A DNA stretch of 17,035 nucleotides from Bdellovibrionota bacterium. Lineage in GTDB: Bacteria; Bdellovibrionota_C; UBA2361. Both the position numbers and the translations under genes were made by a program. Shown here one piece after another: positions 1-8,804 of the stretch. The stretch lies in assembly GCA_044352465.1 (NCBI GenBank), contig JBILDU010000068.1:1-17035 (forward strand), in the 5' to 3' direction. The notes below the pieces were generated by a model, which saw only the letters and a list, made by a program, of their open reading frames with translations, was not told the DNA's origin and did no database searches. Positions within the stretch are counted from its first letter, which is position 1, and each line of letters begins with the position of its first letter.

Positions 1-2
1 TG

Positions 3-158
3 CCGGCGATTATCGCAGCCTATCGACGCCACTACCTACGTCTCGCACTCGATCCCGCACGAGCCTTAAACGATGAGGCTTACTTCGTCAAAGTCCTCTA
101 TGTGATTGAAGCGATGAAGAACGTCATGTCGACCGGGTTCCCATCGCAAACGCCTTAA
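3..158 (+). CDS. 3' end of an unidentified protein-coding gene (truncated by the window edge)
   Basis: Stop-free frame from position 3 to TAA at 156-158, hand-translated as PAIIAAYRRHYLRLALDPARALNDEAYFVKVLYVIEAMKNVMSTGFPSQTP*. Protein-like composition, convergent with lysC. No family recognised. Confidence 0.55.
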   Translation, partial: PAIIAAYRRHYLRLALDPARALNDEAYFVKVLYVIEAMKNVMSTGFPSQTP

Positions 159-251
159 TCGGATTCGAAGCGTCGCGCTGATACGGATTAGCGCTCTTAT
201 TTCGTGCCCATTTCAGCAAGATTTTTCACCTTGTTTGAAGGTTGGACGGCA

Positions 252-755
252 CTAACGCTCAATCGCCACATCGATCTCAGAGTTGCCCTCGAGGAACGAT
301 TCATGCAGCGCACGCACCGCCAATTCGCAGTACTTACGCGGTACGACAACGGAGATTTTAATCTCTGAGGTCCCGATCATCTGAACCTCAATCGATTCGT
401 GAGCGAGCGCCTGAAACATCTGTGCGGCAACCCCGGTTTGATGCTGCATCCCGATACCGACGACTGAGATCTTTGCAATATCGCGATCCACCGAGGCTCC
501 CCCCGCCCTAAGCTCCCCGACGAGGCCACGAACTACTTCGAGCGCCCGAGAACTCGCCTCATCAGCTACCGTAAAGCTCACATTCGTCTTCTCGGAGATA
601 AACCCGGTCTGGCTTATCATATCAACAAAGATACCCTCATCGTGGAGCGCTGAAAAAATCCGACTCAACGAGTCCGCTCCACCGGAGATTTCACGCACCG
701 TAATCTTTGCTTCATCAACTCGATGGGTAATTCCAGTCACAACCGGTTTTTCCAT
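252..755 (-). CDS. Nested in-frame aspartate kinase beta subunit (ACT-only, 167 aa)
   Basis: Minus strand reads GGAGGAGG-ATCTT-ATG-GAA-AAA-CCG. RBS at 768-761 lies 5 nt before an in-frame ATG at 755 (MEKPVVTGI), at the kinase/ACT boundary, as in alpha2beta2 aspartokinases. Confidence 0.7.
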   Translation of the reverse strand: MEKPVVTGITHRVDEAKITVREISGGADSLSRIFSALHDEGIFVDMISQTGFISEKTNVSFTVADEASSRALEVVRGLVGELRAGGASVDRDIAKISVVGIGMQHQTGVAAQMFQALAHESIEVQMIGTSEIKISVVVPRKYCELAVRALHESFLEGNSEIDVAIER

Positions 756-1499
756 AAGATCCTCCTCCGGAACGATCCAGGTACCTGGACCGGGCTCAAA
801 CGTCGATAAAACTACGAGTGGCACACGGTACCGCATCGCAAAGTAGACGGACCGGGGGTGTAATACCTTCGCACCGAGACTTGAAAGCTCCAGCATCTCT
901 TCGTGGCTCACCCGATCGAGAAGTTTCGCTCTTCGACAAATGCGTGGATCAGTCGAGTACACACCCCGTACGTCGGTATAGATGTAGCAAGCAGCGCCCC
1001 GCAGAGCTGCTGCAACCGCCACCGCCGTGATATCAGAGCCGCCACGACCCAGTGTCGTCAAATCGCCCGTATCGGTCATACCCTGATATCCAGCCACCAC
1101 CGGAATCTCCCCCGCCTCGAGGATCTCGCGAATAGGCCGTGCATCGATGTCGAGAATCTGAGCGTTGGTGTGGTTTCTGGTCGTCGAAATGCGCGCCTGA
1201 TTTGCCAGCAAGCTCTTCGCTGGAACTCCGAGCTCGCGCAGTGCCATCGCAAGCAAAGCCACTGAGACCTGTTCCCCCGTGGTAAGAACGACATCAAGCT
1301 CACGGGGATCGGGAGCATTGACGCAGCTTTTAGCAAGCGCCAGGAGGCGATTCGTCTCTCCCGCCATGGCCGAGGCAACGACGACGATTCGGTCGTCGGG
1401 ATGGGCACGCGAGTATTCGGCCACGAGCCGAGCTACGTTCTTGATTCGGCTGACGTCCCCGACCGAGGTCCCACCGAATTTTTTGACGACGATTCCCAT
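252..1499 (-). CDS. lysC: Aspartate kinase (monofunctional, kinase domain plus two ACT domains), alpha subunit
   Basis: KFGGTSV, VASAMAG, GEQVS, TLGRGGSD, TDVRGVYSTDPR, EMLELSSLGAKVLH and C-terminal ACT (SVVGIGM...TSEIKIS). Start placed at ATG 1499 (MGIVVKKFGG) to match family N-termini; an alternative ATG at 1532 overlaps the tsaE stop (ATGA). Confidence 0.96.
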   Translation of the reverse strand: MGIVVKKFGGTSVGDVSRIKNVARLVAEYSRAHPDDRIVVVASAMAGETNRLLALAKSCVNAPDPRELDVVLTTGEQVSVALLAMALRELGVPAKSLLANQARISTTRNHTNAQILDIDARPIREILEAGEIPVVAGYQGMTDTGDLTTLGRGGSDITAVAVAAALRGAACYIYTDVRGVYSTDPRICRRAKLLDRVSHEEMLELSSLGAKVLHPRSVYFAMRYRVPLVVLSTFEPGPGTWIVPEEDLMEKPVVTGITHRVDEAKITVREISGGADSLSRIFSALHDEGIFVDMISQTGFISEKTNVSFTVADEASSRALEVVRGLVGELRAGGASVDRDIAKISVVGIGMQHQTGVAAQMFQALAHESIEVQMIGTSEIKISVVVPRKYCELAVRALHESFLEGNSEIDVAIER

Positions 1500-1528
1500 G
1501 CCCTGGAGAGTATCAGCTCCCCCCTCAC

Positions 1529-1963
1529 TCATTCAAGGCTCGCCCCCCGGATTCCGGACCATCGAACCTCGCGACGCCCCTCATCAAGCGTGGAAAATCG
1601 AAGCACCAGCTCCGAATGCTGCAGCAACTCGGGAAACTTGTCGGCCCACTCGACCAGCCGAATCTCCCCTGGAGTTGGTGGTTCACAAAGTTCCAAAGGG
1701 GGGGCACCGAGTCGGTAGAGATCCCAATGTCGCACCACAAACCGGCCCGGAATCGGATACTCGTGCTCCAAGACGTAGGTGGGCGAGGTCACATCGGCGG
1801 GTCCACCGAGCGCATGTACGAGCGCCCGGGTGAAAGTGGTTTTACCAGCACCGAGCCCACCGATGAGCGACACCGAATCGCCCGGCTGAATGACCCTCGA
1901 GAGCGCAGCGGCAAAACGCTCCGTCTCCTCTAACGAATGTAAGACCCGCATCGCCCCACTCAC
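1529..1963 (-). CDS. tsaE: tRNA threonylcarbamoyladenosine biosynthesis ATPase TsaE
   Basis: GGLGAGKTT P-loop, SPTY, HWDLYRL and VEW motifs; ~140 aa. GTG start overlaps the nnr stop (GTGA); alternative ATG at 1951. Confidence 0.94.
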   Translation of the reverse strand: MSGAMRVLHSLEETERFAAALSRVIQPGDSVSLIGGLGAGKTTFTRALVHALGGPADVTSPTYVLEHEYPIPGRFVVRHWDLYRLGAPPLELCEPPTPGEIRLVEWADKFPELLQHSELVLRFSTLDEGRREVRWSGIRGASLE

Positions 1964-3534
1964 TTAAAACTCACCGTTCGACCGACACCGTCGATAATAT
2001 CCGAAGCCACGAGGTAGCCACCCCGCACCTCATGAATATGCGTCCCCGTCAGCGCGTGAATTACAACCGCACGACAGGCGGCATCGATGGGAGAATAACC
2101 CTGCGCAAGTAGGGCACCGATAAAACCCGCGAGAACATCGCCGCTCCCAGGTATTCCAAGGTATGGGGTCCCGAAGGGACAGACATAGCCTCGCCCTCCT
2201 CCGTACACTATCGTCCCTGCCCCTTTCAGCACGACCACACAGCCGAAGCGAGTCGAAAGCTCCCGCGCCGCGCCGAATCGGTCGCCTTGGACATCGCTCG
2301 AGTTACAGCCAAGAAGGCGCCCGGCTTCACCGGGATGAGGGGTCAAAATAAACCGCCCGCTGTTGGCTTGGGAAAAACGTGACTGGTCACTCGCAACAAT
2401 ATTAAGCCCATCGGCATCAAGGACCGTCGGAATCTCCGCCTGGGCAACTGCTTCCACGATTCCCACCAAAAGCTCGGCAACTCCACGACCAGTTCCAAGG
2501 CCCGGACCTACGACAAGGGCTGAGGCTCGCTTCAGCGCGGGCGCAAGAGCAGGAAGATCCTGCGCGTGAAGCTGACCATCCTTATACTCATGAATCGGGA
2601 CCCTCATGAGCTCGGGCTCGAGAGGATAGAGAACCGGCTGAACCAACGACACCCAACCAGCACCCAAACGAAGGGCCGCACGCCCGGCGAGAACCGGCGC
2701 ACCCGGCATAGCTGCCGATCCTCCCACCACAAGGACATGGCCGAAGTCCCCTTTGTGGGCATCGCCGCGTCGCCGCGGCAAGACAGCGCAGCGCTCACCG
2801 AGAAGCGTAAACTCACATGACGAATCAGGCGTGATACCGATGTCGATCGTCTCAATTGATCCACAAAGATCACGCGCTGGAAACTGGGTGAGCCCCCTTT
2901 TGACGCACTGAATCGCAACCGTTAGGTCCGCCCGCACCGCCGGAGCGTAGACGCTCCCACTATCGCCGTCGACCCCCGAGGGGATATCCACCGAGAGAAC
3001 AAAGGCCTCCGCTGAGCGGCGCCCCAATGACTCGATCAGAGCCGCAAGCGCGCCCTGCGGTGCCGCACGCTGCCCGGTCCCCAAAAGCGCATCGACGATC
3101 ACCGCGGCCGCTGCGACCCGTTCTCCAACCTCTGCGGCGCTCACCGAATTAACAGGAAAAGGCGGTGCCGCACCGTCCTGAGACAGAATAAGTATCGATT
3201 CCCCCATCGCCACAAACTTTTTTCCGTTTGTAACGAAATCGTCCGAATATCGCCCGGCACCGGCCATAATGACCGCTACGGAGGCTCCCCGCTCACGCAG
3301 GAGTCGGGCCACCACCAGCCCATCGCCACCGTTATTCCCTGGACCGACCAGAACGACGATCGAACTCGTGAGAGGAATGGATCGGGTTGTCGTAAGACGA
3401 TCGACAACTCCCCGTCCAGCTCGCTCCATAAGCTCTAAACTTGAGGTCCCCGCAGCGATGGTGCGTCGATCCCACTCGGACATCTCACGGGGACTTGGCA
3501 GCGGGGCAAGTTCGAGTGGTTCTAAAGGATTCAT
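1960..3534 (-). CDS. nnr: Bifunctional NAD(P)H-hydrate epimerase/dehydratase (YjeF)
   Basis: YjeF_N motifs LMERAG, GPGNNGGDG, DALLGTG, DIPSG; carbohydrate-kinase domain motifs HKGDFG, GPGLG, DADGL, TPHPGE, LKG, GSGDVLAG; adjacent to tsaE as is common. Confidence 0.95.
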   Translation of the reverse strand: MNPLEPLELAPLPSPREMSEWDRRTIAAGTSSLELMERAGRGVVDRLTTTRSIPLTSSIVVLVGPGNNGGDGLVVARLLRERGASVAVIMAGAGRYSDDFVTNGKKFVAMGESILILSQDGAAPPFPVNSVSAAEVGERVAAAAVIVDALLGTGQRAAPQGALAALIESLGRRSAEAFVLSVDIPSGVDGDSGSVYAPAVRADLTVAIQCVKRGLTQFPARDLCGSIETIDIGITPDSSCEFTLLGERCAVLPRRRGDAHKGDFGHVLVVGGSAAMPGAPVLAGRAALRLGAGWVSLVQPVLYPLEPELMRVPIHEYKDGQLHAQDLPALAPALKRASALVVGPGLGTGRGVAELLVGIVEAVAQAEIPTVLDADGLNIVASDQSRFSQANSGRFILTPHPGEAGRLLGCNSSDVQGDRFGAARELSTRFGCVVVLKGAGTIVYGGGRGYVCPFGTPYLGIPGSGDVLAGFIGALLAQGYSPIDAACRAVVIHALTGTHIHEVRGGYLVASDIIDGVGRTVSFK

Positions 3535-3632
3535 CCGAGCCGATCCTGTCTCGTCAAATTAAGCCAAGTGGGACGCCGCGCCCCCCGGCCGAATCGGGAG
3601 AAAAGCGGAGAATACCCATGACCGTATCCTCT

Positions 3633-5009
3633 TTAGCGAGCCGTCGACGCGGCTCCGATCTCTCGCTCGATGACAGCAGCGATATCGTGCGCATGTCGGG
3701 TGCACACATCTTCATGCTCACACTCGACCATGACGCGACATTTATTCTCCGTGCCCGAGTACCGCACCAAAACCCGCCCTGACTTACTCAGTTCGGTCTC
3801 GGTCCGCTTAATGATATCCCGAATCGGATCGACCGAATCGAGCGCGGGCTTATGGCTTACCTGAATATTAATGAGCGTCTGGGGAAAACGAACAAATTCA
3901 GCGGTAAGCTCTGAAAGCTTGCGGCCGGTGCGGGTCATAATCGCCATAACGTGCAGCGCGGTCAGTATCCCGTCTCCGCTCGTGGAATAGTCAGAGAAAA
4001 TGGTATGCCCCGACTGCTCTCCGCCCAACTGAAGACCGAGTTTAAGCATCTCCTCGAGCACATATCGGTCGCCGACGCCGGTGCGAACGACGGTGATGCC
4101 ATGGCGGTTCAAAAGCTTTTCCATGCCGAGATTCGACATGACCGTGGCCACCACTTTGGGCTCACGCAGAAGCCCCCTCGATTTAAGATCGATAGCGCAA
4201 AGCGCCAGGATCATATCACCGTCAACGGTGCTACCCTTTTCATCGGTTAAAATAACGCGGTCCCCATCGCCGTCGAGCGACACACCGATATCGAGCCCCT
4301 GATCAACCACAAGCTTACGCGCGACCTCGGGATAGAGACTCCCGAATCCCGCGTTGATATTACGCCCGTTCGGACTCACCCCCCGCGAGACGACCTCAGC
4401 GCCGAGCTCAACGCAGGTCTGCGGCCCAACGACGTAGCCCGCACCGTTCCCGCAGTCGAATCCCACTTTGAGCCCCTCGAGGGTGCATTCACGGGGAAAG
4501 ATCCCTTTGAGATAGACCGTGTAGCGCCCTACAGCGTCATCGATACGAAAAGCTTTCCCGATCTCGGTGGGCTTCGCCGACAGTTGCCGGATCTCCTCCG
4601 AGTCGATGAGCCGCTCGATCTCCATCTCAACATCGTCGGGGAGCTTATAGCCATCTGCTCCGAAGATCTTAATGCCGTTATCCTCGAAAGGGTTGTGAGA
4701 GGCTGAGATAACGATACCGGCATCAGCGCGCATGCTGCGGGTCAGATACGCCACCCCGGGGGTAGGAAGTGGCCCGACCAGCATCACATCGGCGCCCATA
4801 CTGGTGATTCCGGCAGCCAGCGAGGTTTCAATCATATAGCCGGACAGGCGGGTATCCTTCCCGATGAGAATCCGGTGGCGTCCCCGTCGACCGAGGAAGT
4901 GGTGCGCAATGCTCTTACCAAGCTGCACCATCGTGTAAGGATCAAGCGGCGCCACCGTGGCGACACCCCGAATACCATCGGTGCCGAAATACTTGCGCTT
5001 GCTGGCCAT
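3633..5009 (-). CDS. glmM: Phosphoglucosamine mutase
   Basis: YFGTDGIRG, GKDTRLSG, catalytic SASHNP, metal loop DGDGDR, GEQSGH, RYSGTE; follows cdaA-ybbR. Confidence 0.97.
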   Translation of the reverse strand: MASKRKYFGTDGIRGVATVAPLDPYTMVQLGKSIAHHFLGRRGRHRILIGKDTRLSGYMIETSLAAGITSMGADVMLVGPLPTPGVAYLTRSMRADAGIVISASHNPFEDNGIKIFGADGYKLPDDVEMEIERLIDSEEIRQLSAKPTEIGKAFRIDDAVGRYTVYLKGIFPRECTLEGLKVGFDCGNGAGYVVGPQTCVELGAEVVSRGVSPNGRNINAGFGSLYPEVARKLVVDQGLDIGVSLDGDGDRVILTDEKGSTVDGDMILALCAIDLKSRGLLREPKVVATVMSNLGMEKLLNRHGITVVRTGVGDRYVLEEMLKLGLQLGGEQSGHTIFSDYSTSGDGILTALHVMAIMTRTGRKLSELTAEFVRFPQTLINIQVSHKPALDSVDPIRDIIKRTETELSKSGRVLVRYSGTENKCRVMVECEHEDVCTRHAHDIAAVIEREIGAASTAR

Positions 5010-5024
5010 AGACGTGCCCCCGAA

Positions 5025-5936
5025 TTACTTAACTTTTTTCTCGCTCCGTCGCGATCTTATAATCTCAACCCGCGGGGGATCAACTCGCTCCAGGGTGATT
5101 CCTGTTGGCAGCTCCACACCGACCTCAACCAACTCCCGCTCCCGATACTCTTTACCCAACCTGACGAAGGGGATCACATGATCGCGCTTCAGTCCCTCGA
5201 AAATCTCCCGCCGACCGCGCAGCGTCACTCTCACGACCGGAGGTTCCAGGGTGTAGGTCTCCCCCCCGACCGAACGAACCTCTACCGGCATCCGCTCTAG
5301 CTCGCGCCGGGTCTCGACCGGCGCGATACGCACCTCAACGGAGACCTCGTTTACCGAACTACCGAGAATCCCCTCCGGTAATCGCAGCGGCACCCCCCGT
5401 GTGACGGTCTTCTTAAGCTCACGAACGTCGACCGGCTCGGTTTGAATCGCCGAAATGCCACCAATCGCCCCCTTCGCCCCCCGTAACGTCACGCTCTCGG
5501 GATCCACCACCACCGATTCCACTCTGTGCTCCGTGGCGACCGGTCCGAGTAGCGGAGCTTTAACCGCAACTTTCAACTCAACCAGGTCATCAAGATGGAG
5601 CTTCAACTCAGCCGGCTGAATCGACACGATATCCACGTAAGGGGGCAATGCCAGTTCATTGCGGCGCAGCTGAACCTTTCCCTCAACCACATCGCTCGCC
5701 GAAACCCTAAACACCGGCGGTGCTGCCGGAATTCGTGACAGCACAAACGACGGGCCCCGAATGGTAACCTGCGCCTGGAGCCTTTCGTTCCCCGGAAGCA
5801 CTTTTCCGGCGGGAAGATCGCGTACCTCGACGGGAGCAACAAAGGTGAAAACCGTGCTGTTCTCCTCACTATTGACGAAATAGGAGAGGAGCAAGGCGAT
5901 AAAAAGAGACAGAACTTTGAGCGCGGGATTCCTCAT
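5025..5936 (-). CDS. YbbR-domain protein (CdaR-like regulator of diadenylate cyclase)
   Basis: N-terminal anchor (LKVLSLFIALLLSYFV) followed by repeated beta-rich units (VTIRGP, VDPESVTLRG, LEPPVVRVTLRG); lies between cdaA and glmM with an ATGA overlap to cdaA. Confidence 0.88.
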   Translation of the reverse strand: MRNPALKVLSLFIALLLSYFVNSEENSTVFTFVAPVEVRDLPAGKVLPGNERLQAQVTIRGPSFVLSRIPAAPPVFRVSASDVVEGKVQLRRNELALPPYVDIVSIQPAELKLHLDDLVELKVAVKAPLLGPVATEHRVESVVVDPESVTLRGAKGAIGGISAIQTEPVDVRELKKTVTRGVPLRLPEGILGSSVNEVSVEVRIAPVETRRELERMPVEVRSVGGETYTLEPPVVRVTLRGRREIFEGLKRDHVIPFVRLGKEYRERELVEVGVELPTGITLERVDPPRVEIIRSRRSEKKVK

Positions 5937-6721
5937 TTCGCGCCCTCCTCAGGTGAACGGGACGCCACCTCGGACGTTAAAAAGCGATGGAGTGAATCGC
6001 GCAGGAGCGCGGCATCAAGGTTACGAACCAGTCGGCCCTCTCGCGCAAGCGAAATAGCCCCGGTTTGCTCCGAGACCACAACGATAACCGCATCGCTTCG
6101 CTCCGAAAGCCCGAGCGCCGCACGGTGGCGGGTCCCGAGGTTCGGGTCGAGGTCGGGATTGAAGCTGAGCGGCAAAAGGCAACCAGCGGCCTTGATTCGG
6201 TCCCCTTCAATAACAACCGCGCCATCATGCAGGGGCGATTCCCGCACGAAGATGCTGAGCAGAAGCTTGCGGGAAAGACGCGCATCGAGGAGGACGGCAT
6301 CCTCGACGAATTCATCGAGCCCGATCTCACGTTGGATAACGATGAGGGCTCCGACCTTGTCTTTCGAAAGCCGCGCCGCGACTGTGGTAACCTCCTCAAT
6401 CGAGCGATCGACCAACTCCGTCGAACGGCGAAATATCGGCCGTAGACCAACTTTCGTAAGCGCCCGACGAATCTCCTCCTGAAAGAGCACCACCACCACC
6501 ACGATGATGGCGCTCAAAAAATTGGAGAGGAACCACGCCAACGTCACCAGACCGAGCGGCACCGCCACCAGATAGAGGAGCACGATGAGGGTGAGCCCCC
6601 ACAACATCGGCACCGCACGCGTCCCCCGGATGAGGAGCAGCATCCGATAGATGAGGAACGCCACGATCGCGATATCGAGGGCGTTGCGTAACCACCCCTG
6701 GTGAGAGCCGAGGATATCCAT
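5933..6721 (-). CDS. cdaA: Diadenylate cyclase CdaA/DacA (c-di-AMP synthase)
   Basis: Three N-terminal hydrophobic helices, FQEEIRRAL, and DAC motifs LHDGA and GTRHRA, VSEQTG. Confidence 0.95.
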   Translation of the reverse strand: MDILGSHQGWLRNALDIAIVAFLIYRMLLLIRGTRAVPMLWGLTLIVLLYLVAVPLGLVTLAWFLSNFLSAIIVVVVVLFQEEIRRALTKVGLRPIFRRSTELVDRSIEEVTTVAARLSKDKVGALIVIQREIGLDEFVEDAVLLDARLSRKLLLSIFVRESPLHDGAVVIEGDRIKAAGCLLPLSFNPDLDPNLGTRHRAALGLSERSDAVIVVVSEQTGAISLAREGRLVRNLDAALLRDSLHRFLTSEVASRSPEEGAK

Positions 6722-6749
6722 CGAACGTTCCGCCTAACGAAGAGAACCT

Positions 6750-6768
6750 ATGCCGACTGCCCCGGCAC
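6750..6768 (-). terminator. Hairpin just after the ftsH stop (possible weak terminator or mRNA-stability element)
   Basis: Minus strand GTGCCGG-GGCAG-TCGGCAT (7-bp stem with 2 G-U pairs) followed by AGGTTCTCTT; no clean U-tract. Confidence 0.25.
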
Positions 6769-6770
6769 GA

Positions 6771-8642
6771 TTAAGCCGCAGCAGGGGCATCGGCCGGCTT
6801 CGAAAACTGGTCGCCACCACCGTTACCACCGCCCGTCGGTCCGCTAAAAAAAGGCTCGCCCCGTACGATCTTCTCGATATCCTCTGCGTCGAGCGTCTCT
6901 TTGACAAGGACCGCCCGCGCCAGCTTATGGAGCGTGTCGAGATTCTCGCTCAGAATTTTTCGCGCAACGGCGAGCTGCTCTTCAATAATCCGCCGAACCT
7001 CACTATCGATTTCGAGCTGAATCGCCTCCGAATGCTCCTTTGGCTTGCCAATATCACGCCCTAAAAAGACATGCTCGTCTTTGCCGCTATAGTGAATCGG
7101 GCCGAGCTTCTCGCTCATTCCCCACTCGCACACCATTCGACGTGCGATATCGGTGGCCCGCTCGATATCGGAGCTCGCTCCGGTATTTTGGTCGTTGAAA
7201 ACGATCTCCTCAGCCACTCGCCCACCGAAGAACACGGCCAACTGATCGAGCCAGTAAGATTTCGAGTAGGTGTGTTTATCGTTTTCGGGGAGCTGCTGCA
7301 TAAGGCCGAGCGCCATACCGCGCGGAACGATGGTGAGCTTATGCACCGGGTCCGCATGGGGCAACATCTTCGCGACCAGCGCATGGCCCGACTCGTGGTA
7401 CGCCGTCGTCTCCTTCTCTTTTTCAGTGAGAAGCATACTGCGACGCTCCGCCCCCATCATGACCTTGTCCTTAGCGTACTCAAAGTCTGCGCGAGAGACC
7501 TTGTCTTTGTTTTTTCGCGCCGCATAGAGAGCGGCTTCATTGACAAGGATCTCCAGGTCTGCCCCTGAAAATCCCGGGGTCCCGCGCGCGATCGTCTCCA
7601 GGTTCACATCGTCAGCCAACGGGGTCTTCTTCGCATGAACTTTAAGTATTCCGAGCCGACCTTTCAGATCCGGCCGTGGAACCACGACCCGACGATCGAA
7701 GCGACCGGGGCGCAAAAGCGCCGGATCGAGGACGTCAGGACGGTTCGTCGCGGCGATAAGAATCACCCCTTCATTGCTCTCGAATCCATCCATCTCGACC
7801 AAGAGCTGATTAAGCGTCTGCTCACGCTCGTCGTGGCCACCACCCATACCGGCACCACGGTGCCGTCCGACCGCATCGATCTCATCGATAAAGATGATAC
7901 ACGGCGCGCTCTTTTTTCCTTGGATGAAAAGATCGCGCACCCGCGATGCGCCAACACCAACGAACATCTCAACGAAATCAGAACCGGAGATGCTGAAAAA
8001 GGGGACCCCCGCCTCACCAGCGATAGCCTTCGCCAGCAACGTCTTTCCAGTACCCGGGGACCCCACGAGAAGAACTCCTTTCGGAATTCGACCGCCGAGC
8101 TTGGTGAACTTCTTGGGGTCTTTCAAAAACTCGATGATCTCTTCGAGCTCGGATCGAGCCTCATCGATTCCCGCCACGTCGTCAAACGTGACCCGCTGCT
8201 GACTTTCGGTGAGAAGCTTCGCTCGCGATTTCCCGAAGCTCATCCCCTTACCGGCGCCTATCTGGACCTGTCGCATGAAGAAAATCCAGATACCGACGAG
8301 CAGGATCATCGGGAGCGCATTCACGAGAAGGATCAGGTACCACGGTTGATCCTTATCCTCCTTCACGGTGATCTCGACCCCGTTCTTCGAAAGAAGATCG
8401 ATGAGCCCCTCATGCTTGGGAGCGATGGTCTTAAAAGGCTCAGGGCTCGAAACGAACTCACCGTATATCGTGTTGTTCTCGATACTGACCCGCTTGATAT
8501 TCTTCTTTTCAACCTGGCTCAGGAAGTCCGAGTACGAGAGCTCCTGGCCCCGTTCAGCCCCCTGCTTGACCACGCTGTAAAGGGTCATAAAGAGGAGGAC
8601 AAGCACCAACCAGAAAACTGCGTTTCGAGAAAACTGATTCAA
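6771..8642 (-). CDS. ftsH: ATP-dependent zinc metalloprotease FtsH
   Basis: Two TM segments, Walker A GSPGTGKT, Walker [29 protein letters not shown], zinc motif HESGH. Start placed at TTG 8642 (MNQFSRN) after AGGTG; the ORF track extends to 8663. Confidence 0.98.
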   Translation of the reverse strand: MNQFSRNAVFWLVLVLLFMTLYSVVKQGAERGQELSYSDFLSQVEKKNIKRVSIENNTIYGEFVSSPEPFKTIAPKHEGLIDLLSKNGVEITVKEDKDQPWYLILLVNALPMILLVGIWIFFMRQVQIGAGKGMSFGKSRAKLLTESQQRVTFDDVAGIDEARSELEEIIEFLKDPKKFTKLGGRIPKGVLLVGSPGTGKTLLAKAIAGEAGVPFFSISGSDFVEMFVGVGASRVRDLFIQGKKSAPCIIFIDEIDAVGRHRGAGMGGGHDEREQTLNQLLVEMDGFESNEGVILIAATNRPDVLDPALLRPGRFDRRVVVPRPDLKGRLGILKVHAKKTPLADDVNLETIARGTPGFSGADLEILVNEAALYAARKNKDKVSRADFEYAKDKVMMGAERRSMLLTEKEKETTAYHESGHALVAKMLPHADPVHKLTIVPRGMALGLMQQLPENDKHTYSKSYWLDQLAVFFGGRVAEEIVFNDQNTGASSDIERATDIARRMVCEWGMSEKLGPIHYSGKDEHVFLGRDIGKPKEHSEAIQLEIDSEVRRIIEEQLAVARKILSENLDTLHKLARAVLVKETLDAEDIEKIVRGEPFFSGPTGGGNGGGDQFSKPADAPAAA

Positions 8643-8691
8643 TCGACACCTATTGGAATACAAACAAAATAATAGGGGCTATATCGGTGAA

Positions 8692-8720
8692 AGTATAGGA
8701 AACCACCCCGCGGTCTGCAA
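8692..8720 (-). promoter_or_regulatory. Putative sigma70-type promoter for ftsH
   Basis: Minus strand TTGCAG (8720-8715), 17-nt spacer, TATACT (8697-8692), ~50 nt upstream of the ftsH start in the tilS-ftsH gap. Confidence 0.5.
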
Positions 8721-8804
8721 CGTATCGCGTCCGCCCCGGGCACTATTATGACGAGCCAGCAAAGCCGGGCGGTGCCCCCAAAAAAGCCCAGCCAGGCCTT
8801 CCCC

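Noticed and set aside
159..251. Bidirectional terminator between the left partial gene and lysC
   Set aside because: Only weak imperfect AT-rich stems and no clear U-tracts flanking a GC stem.
7635..8672. 345-aa plus-strand ORF antisense to ftsH
   Set aside because: Shadow frame of a highly conserved gene in GC-rich DNA; no recognisable motif. The same applies to other antisense ORFs such as 9408-10085, 13992-14879 and 15932-16582.
8780..8800. Intrinsic terminator after tilS (minus strand AAGGCC-TGGCTG-GGCTTTTTT)
   Set aside because: The stem is short and uses part of the U-tract; possible but too weak to call.
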